Positions 1 to 8,675 of a stretch of 64,000 nucleotides of DNA are shown one piece after another (position 1 is the first letter of the stretch; each line of letters opens with the position of its first letter). Both the position numbers and the translations under genes were made by a program. The stretch is from positions 608,001-672,000 of the forward strand of contig OY782041.1 in assembly GCA_963677595.1 (NCBI GenBank), written 5' to 3'. The DNA comes from Spirochaetia bacterium. GTDB taxonomy: Bacteria > Spirochaetota > Spirochaetia > CAKZLE01. The notes under the pieces were generated by a model. The model saw only the letters and a list, made by a program, of their open reading frames with translations. It made no database searches and was not told where the DNA came from.

Positions 1-1020
1 AACATCGAAGACCAGGAGTTCGTCGTACTCGTAGGTCCGTCAGGTTGTGGTAAATCTACTACATTGAGAATGGTTGCAGGGCTCGAGGATATCTCAAGCG
101 GTGAACTGACTATCGACGGGAAGGTCGTCAATGACGTACCGCCGAAAGACAGGGATATCGCGATGGTATTCCAGAACTATGCGCTCTATCCTCATATGAG
201 TGTGTACGACAACATGGCATTTGGACTCAAGATCCGGAAGTTCCCGAAAGAGGAGATCGAGCAGAGAGTAAAAGAAGCTGCAAGGATCCTCGACATCGAG
301 GAGCTTCTTGACAGGAAGCCGAAGGCACTTTCCGGTGGACAGAGACAGCGAGTCGCTGTAGGCCGGGCGATCGTCCGACAGCCGAAGGTGTTCCTGTTCG
401 ATGAGCCGCTCTCGAACCTGGATGCGAAGCTGCGAGTCCAGATGCGTGCAGAGATCTCATCTCTTCACAGCAGGCTGAAGGCTACCATGATCTACGTCAC
501 CCACGACCAGGTCGAAGCTATGACCATGGCGGACAAGATCGTAGTCATGAAGTTCGGCGTCATCCAGCAGATCGGAAGCCCGCTCGAGCTCTACAACGAA
601 CCGGCTAACAAGTTCGTGGCAGGGTTCATCGGGTCACCACCAATGAACTTCCTCAATGCGAAGATCGTCATGGAAGGCGATACCATGGTCGCAGACGAGG
701 GAGACTTCAGGATCAAACTCAACGATGCACAGAAGAAGCTTCTCAAGGACTATGTCGGTAAGGAAGTCGTCTTCGGTATCAGGCCAGAGGACATCTATGC
801 TGCTCCCAAGGCAGTAGAAGATGAGACGATCAACGCTGAAGTGACTGTCGTCGAGCCGCTCGGAGCTGAGACTCACGTATACATCAATACGAAGAGCCAC
901 CAGCTGATCGCACGACTCGAGCCGTCCGTTATGGTAACGGTCGGACAGCAGGTAAGCTTCAAGCCGGACCTGGAGAAGGTCACCTTCTTCGACGGGGAGA
1001 CTGAGATCGCGATCCGATAA
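1..1020 (+). CDS. Sugar ABC transporter ATP-binding protein (MsmX/UgpC/MalK family), 5' end outside the window
   Basis: The frame is open from base 1 and gives Walker A GPSGCGKS, signature [10 protein letters not shown], Walker B VFLFDEP, H-loop YVTHDQ and a C-terminal TOBE-like region. Confidence 0.95.
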   Translation, partial: NIEDQEFVVLVGPSGCGKSTTLRMVAGLEDISSGELTIDGKVVNDVPPKDRDIAMVFQNYALYPHMSVYDNMAFGLKIRKFPKEEIEQRVKEAARILDIEELLDRKPKALSGGQRQRVAVGRAIVRQPKVFLFDEPLSNLDAKLRVQMRAEISSLHSRLKATMIYVTHDQVEAMTMADKIVVMKFGVIQQIGSPLELYNEPANKFVAGFIGSPPMNFLNAKIVMEGDTMVADEGDFRIKLNDAQKKLLKDYVGKEVVFGIRPEDIYAAPKAVEDETINAEVTVVEPLGAETHVYINTKSHQLIARLEPSVMVTVGQQVSFKPDLEKVTFFDGETEIAIR

Positions 1021-1043
1021 CAGTCATTGATCCACTAGGAGAG

Positions 1044-1072
1044 ACCAGTCATCGCATGATGACTGGTTTTTT
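1044..1072 (+). terminator. Rho-independent terminator
   Basis: ACCAGTCATC-GCAT-GATGACTGGT followed by a T tract. Confidence 0.85.
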
Positions 1073-1098
1073 CATGCCCTCATGCAAAGCAGGAAACT

Positions 1099-1139
1099 AA
1101 AAAACGGGATCCTGATCATCCTCACGACCAGGGTCCCGT
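1099..1139 (-). terminator. Probable terminator of lysC
   Basis: CGGGATCCTG...CAGGGTCCCG stem with an A-tract on + (U-tract on -). Confidence 0.6.
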
Positions 1140-1164
1140 CTACTATACCTTGCTTGAATTCCCG

Positions 1165-2487
1165 TTACTTCTTCAGTGCGAACGCATCCTCGATCGCCTG
1201 GTACATGACCTTCAGGGCATGCAGGTACTCATGGTCATAGACACCGATGATACAGGTGATCATCGATCCGCCATAGCTCAAGTACCTGATCGCGATCCCT
1301 TTTGTCGCTAGAGCTGAGGAGACCACGCCAAGGACACCCCGAGCCTCGTAGAGGCCCTCCCCCACGAGTCCGATCATGGCCAGTTTCTCTTCCGTGCAGA
1401 TCTGGTCGGGTTCGAGCTCTCGCTTGATCCTCTCCACGAGGTCCGGTTCGTTCTGCAGCAGCTCCTGCCTGAAGTAGCAGGAGAGGGAGTCGAACCCGTC
1501 CGAGGAGAACTCAGGCACGATCCCGTAGACTTTCAGGATGGTCTCGAGCTTCAGCTTGTAGTCTGCCTCCTTGTTGAGGAAGTGCTTCGTGATGTGGAGC
1601 CTGCAGTAGCCACGTTTCCCGGAGATCCCGACGATCGGGAGGACATCGGTATTGGACCGTTCTGGCATCATCATGGTGCCTGAACCCTGCGGGTCATTGG
1701 TATTCTTCACGCAGATCGGGATGCGCACCGACCGTACCGGGGCGATAGCCTCCTCATGGAAGACGTTCGCTCCGATGGATGCGAGCTCCCTGATCTCCTG
1801 GTAGGTCAGTTCATGGACCACCTCGGGATCATCGACGATCCTCGGATCAGCCATCTTGATGCCTGATACATCAGTCCAGTTCTCATAGAGATCAGCCCCG
1901 ACGCTCCGTGCAGCGATCGCCCCCGTGATGTCCGAGCCCCCGCGGGAGAAGGTCTTCACCTTCCCGTCAGGGCCAGAGCCGTAGAATCCCGGGATGATAT
2001 AGCGCTTGGTCAGGTCGATAGCGCCTGAGAGGAGCGTATAGGTCTTATCATTGACCGTCCCGTCCTTGTTGAGCAGGATATATTCTTGAGTATCGAGGAA
2101 CTCCCATCCGATACCGGCAGCGATGACCTGAGCACTGAGGAACTCACCCCTCGATGCAGCATAATCGGGACCGGCACCCCCTGCGATATTCTTCTCGATG
2201 AGGTCTATCTGCCTCGCGAGACCCTCTGTGGGGATCCCCAGGTCCTTCGCTATATCGAGGTAGCGGGTACGGATCTGGTCGAACTCACAGCCCCATGGAC
2301 TGCCATCCGAAGCCAGCCTCTGGCAGGTATACAGCATATCAGTGATCTTTATATCATCACTGTTCCGCTTCCCCGGAGCGGAGACGATGACGATCCGACG
2401 TTCCGGGTCCATCTCCAGGATCCCAGCGACCTTTCTGATCTGGTTGGAATCAGCTACGGAAGAACCACCGAATTTACATACTATCAT
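1165..2487 (-). CDS. lysC: Aspartate kinase
   Basis: KFGGSSV, VSAPG, RGGSD, WTDVSG and DPRIV motifs, plus C-terminal ACT-like domains. Confidence 0.93.
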   Translation of the reverse strand: MIVCKFGGSSVADSNQIRKVAGILEMDPERRIVIVSAPGKRNSDDIKITDMLYTCQRLASDGSPWGCEFDQIRTRYLDIAKDLGIPTEGLARQIDLIEKNIAGGAGPDYAASRGEFLSAQVIAAGIGWEFLDTQEYILLNKDGTVNDKTYTLLSGAIDLTKRYIIPGFYGSGPDGKVKTFSRGGSDITGAIAARSVGADLYENWTDVSGIKMADPRIVDDPEVVHELTYQEIRELASIGANVFHEEAIAPVRSVRIPICVKNTNDPQGSGTMMMPERSNTDVLPIVGISGKRGYCRLHITKHFLNKEADYKLKLETILKVYGIVPEFSSDGFDSLSCYFRQELLQNEPDLVERIKRELEPDQICTEEKLAMIGLVGEGLYEARGVLGVVSSALATKGIAIRYLSYGGSMITCIIGVYDHEYLHALKVMYQAIEDAFALKK

Positions 2488-2556
2488 TACTCATCCCTCT
2501 TTCTGGTTTTATGGAGATTGTAATGAGAACTGTGATTTAATGCAATGAGGCAACGC

Positions 2557-3126
2557 TCAGATCAGGATATCCTTCAGCTGCCGTTTGGGGACATGGTGGA
2601 CCCCCTCAGCATCCCGGTAGTAGGTGACGCTGTCTCCCGGGTTCTTCAGCCTGTCGATGATGACCCGCTCTCCCCTGAGGCCGACTGCGATGACGAGGAG
2701 GATGGTATACCTATCAGGGATGGAGAAATCCCTCCTCAGCTTCTCCCGGTCGATCGATGCGAGGATGCAGCTGCCGTACCCGAGGGTGGTAGCGCCGTAG
2801 GTGATCGTCGCCGCTGCGATGCCCGGGTCGAAATAGACCCGCTTGGTCACCTCAGTATCCTGCAGCATGAGGATGTACCCGGAGGGTCGTTCAGACTCTT
2901 CCGGACCATTCCAGGGCATGGCAGACCCCCAGGTCAGGGATCCGAAGAGGTTGTCCCGATCTCCTGCTGCCGTTATGATCCGGTATCGGAGCGGCTGCTG
3001 GTTCGCGGCAGAGGCTGTGTACCGGGTAAGGTCGATGAGCGAGAGAAGCTCATTGGGCGTGACGGATCTCTCCTGGCTGAAACGCCTGCAGCTGCGGGTA
3101 GCATGTACGATATCAGGATAATTCAT
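2557..3126 (-). CDS. Nitroreductase family protein
   Basis: RSCRRF, ASAANQQP and DPGIAA...LGYGSC motifs, C-terminal VPKR. Confidence 0.88.
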   Translation of the reverse strand: MNYPDIVHATRSCRRFSQERSVTPNELLSLIDLTRYTASAANQQPLRYRIITAAGDRDNLFGSLTWGSAMPWNGPEESERPSGYILMLQDTEVTKRVYFDPGIAAATITYGATTLGYGSCILASIDREKLRRDFSIPDRYTILLVIAVGLRGERVIIDRLKNPGDSVTYYRDAEGVHHVPKRQLKDILI

Positions 3127-3258
3127 AATGTGCCCCTTTTCGATACTCAGAATCGTAGCAGATGTGGGAGACTAATGCAAGTTTTACCTCAGAAACAGGA
3201 TCACCGCACAGCGGTGTCGTCTCTTGCAAAGAGGGCGAACATCCTATAGGCTGTCCCC

Positions 3259-3951
3259 ATGAATGAGATGAGTTTAACTGCGGCACAGCTGCAGGAGCGG
3301 ATAGCATATTTCAGCAGGCTGATCACGGAAGAACGGCTCGCCCGGATCAATGAGGTCCTCGACAGGAGGACCCGCTATGTGTCGGTCGTGCTCGAGGATA
3401 TCTTCCAGCCGCACAATGCCAGTGCAGTCCTGCGAAGCTGCGACGGGTTCGGGGTCCAGGACGTCCATATCATAGAGAACCGGAACCATTTCAAGACGAA
3501 CAGCAGCATCGAGCTCGGCACCGCCCAATGGCTCTCGATCCACCGCCACCGGGACCGGCAGGCGAACAACACGATCGAGACGATCAAAGCCCTCAAGGCT
3601 GACGGCTACCGGGTCATCGCGACGAGTCCCCACCATGATGATGTGAACCTGGAGGCACTTGACGTTGCGAAGGGCCCGATGGCGATCATGTTTGGTACCG
3701 AGCTCACCGGCTTGAGCGAAGATGCACTCGTCCATGCAGATGAGTTCATGAAGATCCCCATGTACGGTTTCGTCGAGAGTTTCAACATCTCGGTCTCCTG
3801 TGCGATAACCCTGCACCATATAACCCATGTCCTGCGAGCTTCAGGGGTCGACATCTCCCTGGGCGAGGAGGAGCGGCTCGAGCTTCTCTACCGCTGGGTC
3901 AGGAACAGTATCAAGCACCCAGAGCTCCATGAGGGGAACTTCTCAACCTAA
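3259..3951 (+). CDS. trmH: SPOUT RNA methyltransferase, TrmH-like (tRNA Gm18)
   Basis: HNASAVLRSCDGFG, FGTELTGLS and IPMYGFVESFNISV SPOUT motifs. Confidence 0.85.
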   Translation: MNEMSLTAAQLQERIAYFSRLITEERLARINEVLDRRTRYVSVVLEDIFQPHNASAVLRSCDGFGVQDVHIIENRNHFKTNSSIELGTAQWLSIHRHRDRQANNTIETIKALKADGYRVIATSPHHDDVNLEALDVAKGPMAIMFGTELTGLSEDALVHADEFMKIPMYGFVESFNISVSCAITLHHITHVLRASGVDISLGEEERLELLYRWVRNSIKHPELHEGNFST

Positions 3952-4038
3952 GATTTACCTGCACTTTCACGGTTTTTACATGACTTCCTCTGCTTCATGG
4001 GCTAAAATGAGTACAAACGTCTCCATGGAGCATGATGT

Positions 4039-5319
4039 ATGAAAGATTCGAAACGATCCATCTGGTCTTGGGCTTTCTATGACTGGGCGAACAGTGCATT
4101 CGCGACGACCGTCATGGCAGGTTTCTTCCCTGTCTTCTTCAAGGCCTACTGGTCGACCGGCTCGTCGGTGCAGCAGAGCACCTTCTATCTGGGGCTCGCC
4201 AACTCGATCGCCTCGATCCTGGTCGCAGCCTTAGCCCCGATCCTCGGGGCGATCGCCGACAGGGGAAGCATGAAGAAACGACTCCTGATCTTCTTCGCCT
4301 ATCTCGGCTGCATCATGACCGGCGGCCTCTGGTTCGTGCAGGCAGGCTTATGGCCAATGGCCATCATCTTCTACATCACGGCAACCGTCGGGTTCTCCGG
4401 AGCGAACATCTTCTATGACTCCCTCCTCCCGGCAGTAGCATCACCGAAGAGGATCGACTACACCTCCTCCCTGGGGTTCGGCCTCGGGTATATCGGGGGC
4501 GGGTTGCTCTTCCTCATCAATGTGGTCATGTACCTGAAGCCGTCACTCTTCGGTATCGCCGATGACGTCACTGCCATCAGGATCTCCTTCCTGACCGTGG
4601 CTGTCTGGTGGGCTCTCTTCACGATCCCGATCATGCTCTTCGTCAAGGAGCCTGAGATCTATGAGAAGATCCCTGCATCTCAGGCTATCCGGGAAGGGTT
4701 CAGGCAGCTCGGCCATACGTTCAGAGAGATCCGGCACCTCAAGGTCGTCGGGGTCTTCCTCATAGCTTACTGGCTCTACATCGACGGTGTGGACACGATC
4801 GTGAGGATGGCAGTCGACTACGGGACCTCCATCGGCTTCCCGGCGGAATCACTCATCGTGGCGCTGCTGCTCGTCCAGTTCGTGGCCTTCCCTGCTACCC
4901 TGCTCTACAACCTCTTCGGGAAGCACATCGGGGTGAAGAAAGCCCTCCTCGTGGCCATAGCGGGCTACTCGATCATCGCAGTCTTCGGGTTCTTCATGGC
5001 AGAGACCTGGCACTTCTATGCCCTTGCAGTAGCCATCGGCCTCTTCCAGGGCGGTATCCAGGCATTGAGCAGGAGTTTCTACACGAGGCTGATCCCGGAA
5101 GAGCAGTCGGCCGAGTTCTTCGGGTTCTTCAACCTGCTCGGGAAGTTCGCCGCTGTCATCGGGCCGGTCCTCATGGGGACTGTCACGCTCATAACCGGGA
5201 GTAACCGGCTCGGGATCCTCTCCCTCGTCGTCCTCTTCATCGCCGGCGGCCTGATCCTGCTGAGAGTTGATGAGGCTGAAGGGGTGAGGAACCTGGCAGC
5301 CTATCGGGAGAACACATAA
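4039..5319 (+). CDS. MFS transporter (UMF1/Atg22-like)
   Basis: WAFYDWANSAF N-terminus, GAIADR motif and about 12 hydrophobic segments. Confidence 0.88.
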   Translation: MKDSKRSIWSWAFYDWANSAFATTVMAGFFPVFFKAYWSTGSSVQQSTFYLGLANSIASILVAALAPILGAIADRGSMKKRLLIFFAYLGCIMTGGLWFVQAGLWPMAIIFYITATVGFSGANIFYDSLLPAVASPKRIDYTSSLGFGLGYIGGGLLFLINVVMYLKPSLFGIADDVTAIRISFLTVAVWWALFTIPIMLFVKEPEIYEKIPASQAIREGFRQLGHTFREIRHLKVVGVFLIAYWLYIDGVDTIVRMAVDYGTSIGFPAESLIVALLLVQFVAFPATLLYNLFGKHIGVKKALLVAIAGYSIIAVFGFFMAETWHFYALAVAIGLFQGGIQALSRSFYTRLIPEEQSAEFFGFFNLLGKFAAVIGPVLMGTVTLITGSNRLGILSLVVLFIAGGLILLRVDEAEGVRNLAAYRENT

Positions 5320-6026
5320 TCCTCTGCTGCGGCAAGTACCTGCTCGAGGTTCCGGTAGTGGGACCCATTCCAGTAGATCTTGCCGCAGTCAGGACACCGA
5401 TAGAGTTCGTCGACCCAGTGGATCGTCTCCGCTTCGAGCTGGTCTGAGATCTCTTCCTTATCTGCCTCATCCAGGATGCCGTCACAGTTCGGGCATCGGT
5501 AGAGCAGTCGATGCCGGCCGGCTAGTCCAAACCGGTACATGACCTCACCGAGCTGGATCTCACTCTCCGTGCTCCGTATCAGCATCCCCTTCCGTATCTC
5601 CTTATGTTTCAGCAGTTCCCTGCTCCTGGTCAGGATCACCCCGGAACCAGTCTTCCCGGCAAGTTCCTCAGGGGTCAGGTCCGGGTCATAGACCGCATCG
5701 AACCCGAGCAGCCTCAGGTAGGTAGCGAGTTTTCCGAGATGGGTATCGAGGATGAAGGTCTGCTCCGCATAGGGCTCGGGAGATATCTGGTCCACTGCCG
5801 CAGTGACACCAGGTTCCAGGATATGCGATTCACCGACCGGCTCACCGTTCACGTAATACATACCGACTTCGGGATGGGGGATCCCGATCGACTCGAGGCA
5901 GTCCTTGATGCTCTGGTGCTCATGCCAGGGAAGGATCACAGACGAATCACGTACCGTCAGGTGGGAATAGATCATCCATGCGATCGCTTCCGGGACTTCT
6001 ATTGAGATCGTGCTGTGTGTGTTCAT
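5301..6026 (-). CDS. Mut7-C RNase domain protein with N-terminal ubiquitin-like domain
   Basis: SIKDCLESIGIPHPEV (Ub-Mut7C), DTHLGKLATYLRLLGFD, and CPNC...CPDCGKIYWNGSHY zinc ribbon. Confidence 0.88.
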   Translation of the reverse strand: MNTHSTISIEVPEAIAWMIYSHLTVRDSSVILPWHEHQSIKDCLESIGIPHPEVGMYYVNGEPVGESHILEPGVTAAVDQISPEPYAEQTFILDTHLGKLATYLRLLGFDAVYDPDLTPEELAGKTGSGVILTRSRELLKHKEIRKGMLIRSTESEIQLGEVMYRFGLAGRHRLLYRCPNCDGILDEADKEEISDQLEAETIHWVDELYRCPDCGKIYWNGSHYRNLEQVLAAAEDYVFSR

Positions 6027-6027
6027 G

Positions 6028-6276
6028 TCAGATGTACAGGTGCTTAGCCGTTACCTGCTCTATGGCATTCAGTTTCTCCACAAACTCCCTGACGACAAGT
6101 TCGTTCTCCGCGACCTCGAGGATGATCAGCCCGGAGGTGCTGCAGCCGTTCTCCGGCATGTCATGCAGTCCCAGACGCACCCTGATCATGCATCCATGCT
6201 CGGTAAGCAGTTTCTGGACCTCTGCCGCATGGGCAGTCCTGGAGTCAACTTTGATCACAACAAGTTTATAATGCAT
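6028..6276 (-). CDS. TM1266-like ACT-fold protein (iron-only hydrogenase system regulator family)
   Basis: 82 aa with VQKLLTEHGCMIRVRLGLH motif; GGAGAGG RBS. Confidence 0.75.
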   Translation of the reverse strand: MHYKLVVIKVDSRTAHAAEVQKLLTEHGCMIRVRLGLHDMPENGCSTSGLIILEVAENELVVREFVEKLNAIEQVTAKHLYI

Positions 6277-6388
6277 AGGCCTCTCCTTCAGGAAGAATTT
6301 CTATACCTTATTATACTACTCAGGTCACGAGAAATACAGCATCCGGGAATGAATTGATTAATTCATTCCGGCAGGCTACAATAGCTGT

Positions 6389-7324
6389 ATGACAGAACTG
6401 TTGAGTAAATTCATACCGATCTTCCTGCTGCTTGCAGCAGGGTATATCCTGAGGCAGAAAGGCCTCCTGACAAAGCACTTCGTCGATGACATCAAGAAGC
6501 TCATCGTGACGCTCACCCTGCCCTCCACGCTCTTCCTCTCCTTCCTCACGATGGAGCTGAAGAGCTCCTATATATCATTGTTCGCTGCCACGATCGTCTA
6601 CTGCTTCCTGCTCTTCTTCGCCGGCATCATGATGAAGAAAGCGAAGCTGTGCGTCCACCCCTACTCCGAGTTCTTCTATACGGGATTCGAGTTCGGCATG
6701 GTGGGAGTGGCCCTCTTCCTCAGCCTCTTCGGCGCTGAGAACCTCTATGCCATCCTCCTGCTCGGGCTCGGCCATGAGTTGTTCATCTGGTTCTTCTATG
6801 TACCGGCGCTGCAGTTCAGGAGTGAGGGGAACCTCAAGGTAGGGGCAGTACTGGCCTCCTTCTTCACCTCCCCGATCATCATAGCCATCATCTCGGCGAT
6901 CATCCTCAATGCCTCCGGTATCTATGAATCGGTGGATTCCTCGGAGATCACCGGGGGGATCATCTCAGCACTGCAGATGGTCGCGGCGATGACCTCCCCT
7001 CTTATCCTCCTGGTCATCGGGTTCCAGCTCAAGTTCGAGACCTCAGGGCTGAAGAAGGCCCTGAAGCTCATCGGCCTGAGACTGATCTTCGTATGGGCAC
7101 TGGGGATTGCCTTCATGCTCTTCACTGATGCCTTCATCATGGAGCTTACCGACCTGATGAAGTATGCCTTCATCACCTTCATCGTGCTGCCACCGCCCTT
7201 CGTGATCCCGGTCTTCCTGCCGAAGAGCGCAAAGGAGGAGAGCCTCTTCTACAACAACTCGCTGGTCATCTACACCGTGATCACCCTGATCCTCTATATG
7301 GTGATCATGCTGATCATCGTCTGA
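6389..7324 (+). CDS. AEC (auxin efflux carrier) family transporter
   Basis: 311 aa, about 10 TM segments, LTLPSTLF motif and PIIIAII second repeat. Confidence 0.8.
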   Translation: MTELLSKFIPIFLLLAAGYILRQKGLLTKHFVDDIKKLIVTLTLPSTLFLSFLTMELKSSYISLFAATIVYCFLLFFAGIMMKKAKLCVHPYSEFFYTGFEFGMVGVALFLSLFGAENLYAILLLGLGHELFIWFFYVPALQFRSEGNLKVGAVLASFFTSPIIIAIISAIILNASGIYESVDSSEITGGIISALQMVAAMTSPLILLVIGFQLKFETSGLKKALKLIGLRLIFVWALGIAFMLFTDAFIMELTDLMKYAFITFIVLPPPFVIPVFLPKSAKEESLFYNNSLVIYTVITLILYMVIMLIIV

Positions 7325-7396
7325 GAGAGCTATGCTTCGCGTTTTTTGAATCAAAACCTCCTTTTTCCTGTTTAGAATAGGCAGGAGGTATCAAAC

Positions 7397-8278
7397 ATGG
7401 CTTTATCATTCACGTATGAGGGAAGGACCGTCTACCCGCCCACCAATGACGTCGTCTTCAAGGCGATCTTCGCTAAAGAAGACAACAAGGACCTGCTCTG
7501 TTCCCTGCTCAACAGTTTTCTCGATCTCCAGACCGAGGGCCCGGAAGATATCGAGATCGTGGCTCCTGAAGTCAACCGGAAGTATTATGATGACAAACTC
7601 ATACAGCTTGACCTGAAAGTGAAGACAGCTAAAGGTGAGCATATTAACGTGGAGATCCAGGTCCGGGATGAACATAACATGGAACAAAGAAGTATGTACT
7701 ATGTCTCTACCCTGTTTACCGACCAACTGACTGATGGAATGGATTATTCTGAGCTCCAACGTGCTGTAGGACTGAACCTTCTGTGCTATAATACGAAGGG
7801 GAACACGAGGTTCATCAGACGATGGACCATGCATGACAGGGAGACCCAAGAGGAGGTCTCCGACAAAATCGAACTGGTATTCGTTGAGCTGCTGAATACT
7901 GAGTATGCAGACTTGAAAGGCCTGCGGGGGCAGTGGACGACTTTCTTGACTGCAGATACTGAAGAGCCGCTCAAAGAACTCTGTACGGCGAATGCCATGT
8001 TTCGGAAGGCGGTGGATACCTTGGTATATGTCAGTGAAGAAGAGGAAGTTCGCTACTACATGAATATGAAGAAGAAAGCTCGCCTGGATGCTGCAGCCCG
8101 AGAGACACGAGCGAAGAGAAAGGGTATAGCCATAGGGGAAACTTCGACAATACGAAGAACTATCATCAGGGCATTCCAACTTGGTTACGATCCTGCTGCC
8201 ATAGCTGACCTTACCGGTGCGTCTCTCGAGGAGATCGAGAGCATCAGGATAGAATTGGGAAAAGAATCTGAACAGTGA
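7397..8278 (+). CDS. Rpn family recombination-promoting nuclease / PD-(D/E)xK putative transposase (RpnL-like)
   Basis: PTNDVVFKAIF, D-L...NVEIQ catalytic motif, ERSMYY-like motif, IELVFVEL, C-terminal IADLTG.SLEEI helix-turn-helix; AGGAGG RBS. Confidence 0.9.
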   Translation: MALSFTYEGRTVYPPTNDVVFKAIFAKEDNKDLLCSLLNSFLDLQTEGPEDIEIVAPEVNRKYYDDKLIQLDLKVKTAKGEHINVEIQVRDEHNMEQRSMYYVSTLFTDQLTDGMDYSELQRAVGLNLLCYNTKGNTRFIRRWTMHDRETQEEVSDKIELVFVELLNTEYADLKGLRGQWTTFLTADTEEPLKELCTANAMFRKAVDTLVYVSEEEEVRYYMNMKKKARLDAAARETRAKRKGIAIGETSTIRRTIIRAFQLGYDPAAIADLTGASLEEIESIRIELGKESEQ

Positions 8279-8606
8279 TCCTTCTGCATCACGAAGCTCT
8301 GCGATGCAGTCAACCTGTTCGGGGAAGGCGGTGGATACCTTGGTATATGTCAGTGAAGAAGAGGAAGTTCGCTACTACATGGATATGAAGAAGAAAGCTC
8401 GCCTGGATGCTGCAGCCCGGGAGACACGAGCGGAGAGAAGGGGTGAAGCCCGAGGTGAAGCTCGAGGTATAACCAAAGGGGAAACCTCGACAATACGAAG
8501 GACTATCATCAGGGCATTCCAACTTGGGTGGGACCCTGCTGTCATCGCAGATATCACCGGTGCATCTCTCGAGGAGATCGAACGCATCAGGAAGGAGTTA
8601 GCGTAG
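8004..8606 (+). repeat. Direct duplication of the rpn 3' end (copy 1 about 8004-8260, copy 2 about 8323-8600)
   Basis: GGAAGGCGGTGGATACCTTGGTATATGTCAGTGAAGAAGAGGAAGTTCGCTACTACATG is identical in both copies, followed by high similarity. Copy 2 has an extra 24 bp made of two 12-bp units (RGEA x2). Confidence 0.95.
8379..8606 (+). CDS. Stand-alone Rpn C-terminal domain protein (RpnS-like, about 75 aa)
   Basis: In frame within ORF 8304..8606. The ATG at 8379 follows a purine-rich GAAGAGGAAG stretch and matches the internal ATG at 8060 of rpn. Confidence 0.6.
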   Translation: MDMKKKARLDAAARETRAERRGEARGEARGITKGETSTIRRTIIRAFQLGWDPAVIADITGASLEEIERIRKELA

Positions 8607-8633
8607 TCGGTCCTCGTTGTTTACCTGAAGCAG

Positions 8634-8660
8634 ACAAGGCAGCCTGAATGGCTGCCTTGT
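8634..8660. terminator. Bidirectional hairpin terminator between the rpn cassette and guaA
   Basis: ACAAGGCAGCC-TGAAT-GGCTGCCTTGT perfect 11-bp stem. Confidence 0.75.
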
Positions 8661-8675
8661 TAGTTAATGTTTGGT

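Noticed and set aside
8304-8378. Listed start (MQSTCSG) of the 100-aa ORF
   Set aside because: It lies in a hairpin with no RBS and arises from a frameshifted remnant; ATG 8379 is better supported.
8004-8606. rpn duplication as a diversity-generating retroelement TR/VR pair
   Set aside because: Mismatches are not restricted to adenines, there is a 24-bp indel, and no reverse transcriptase lies in the window.
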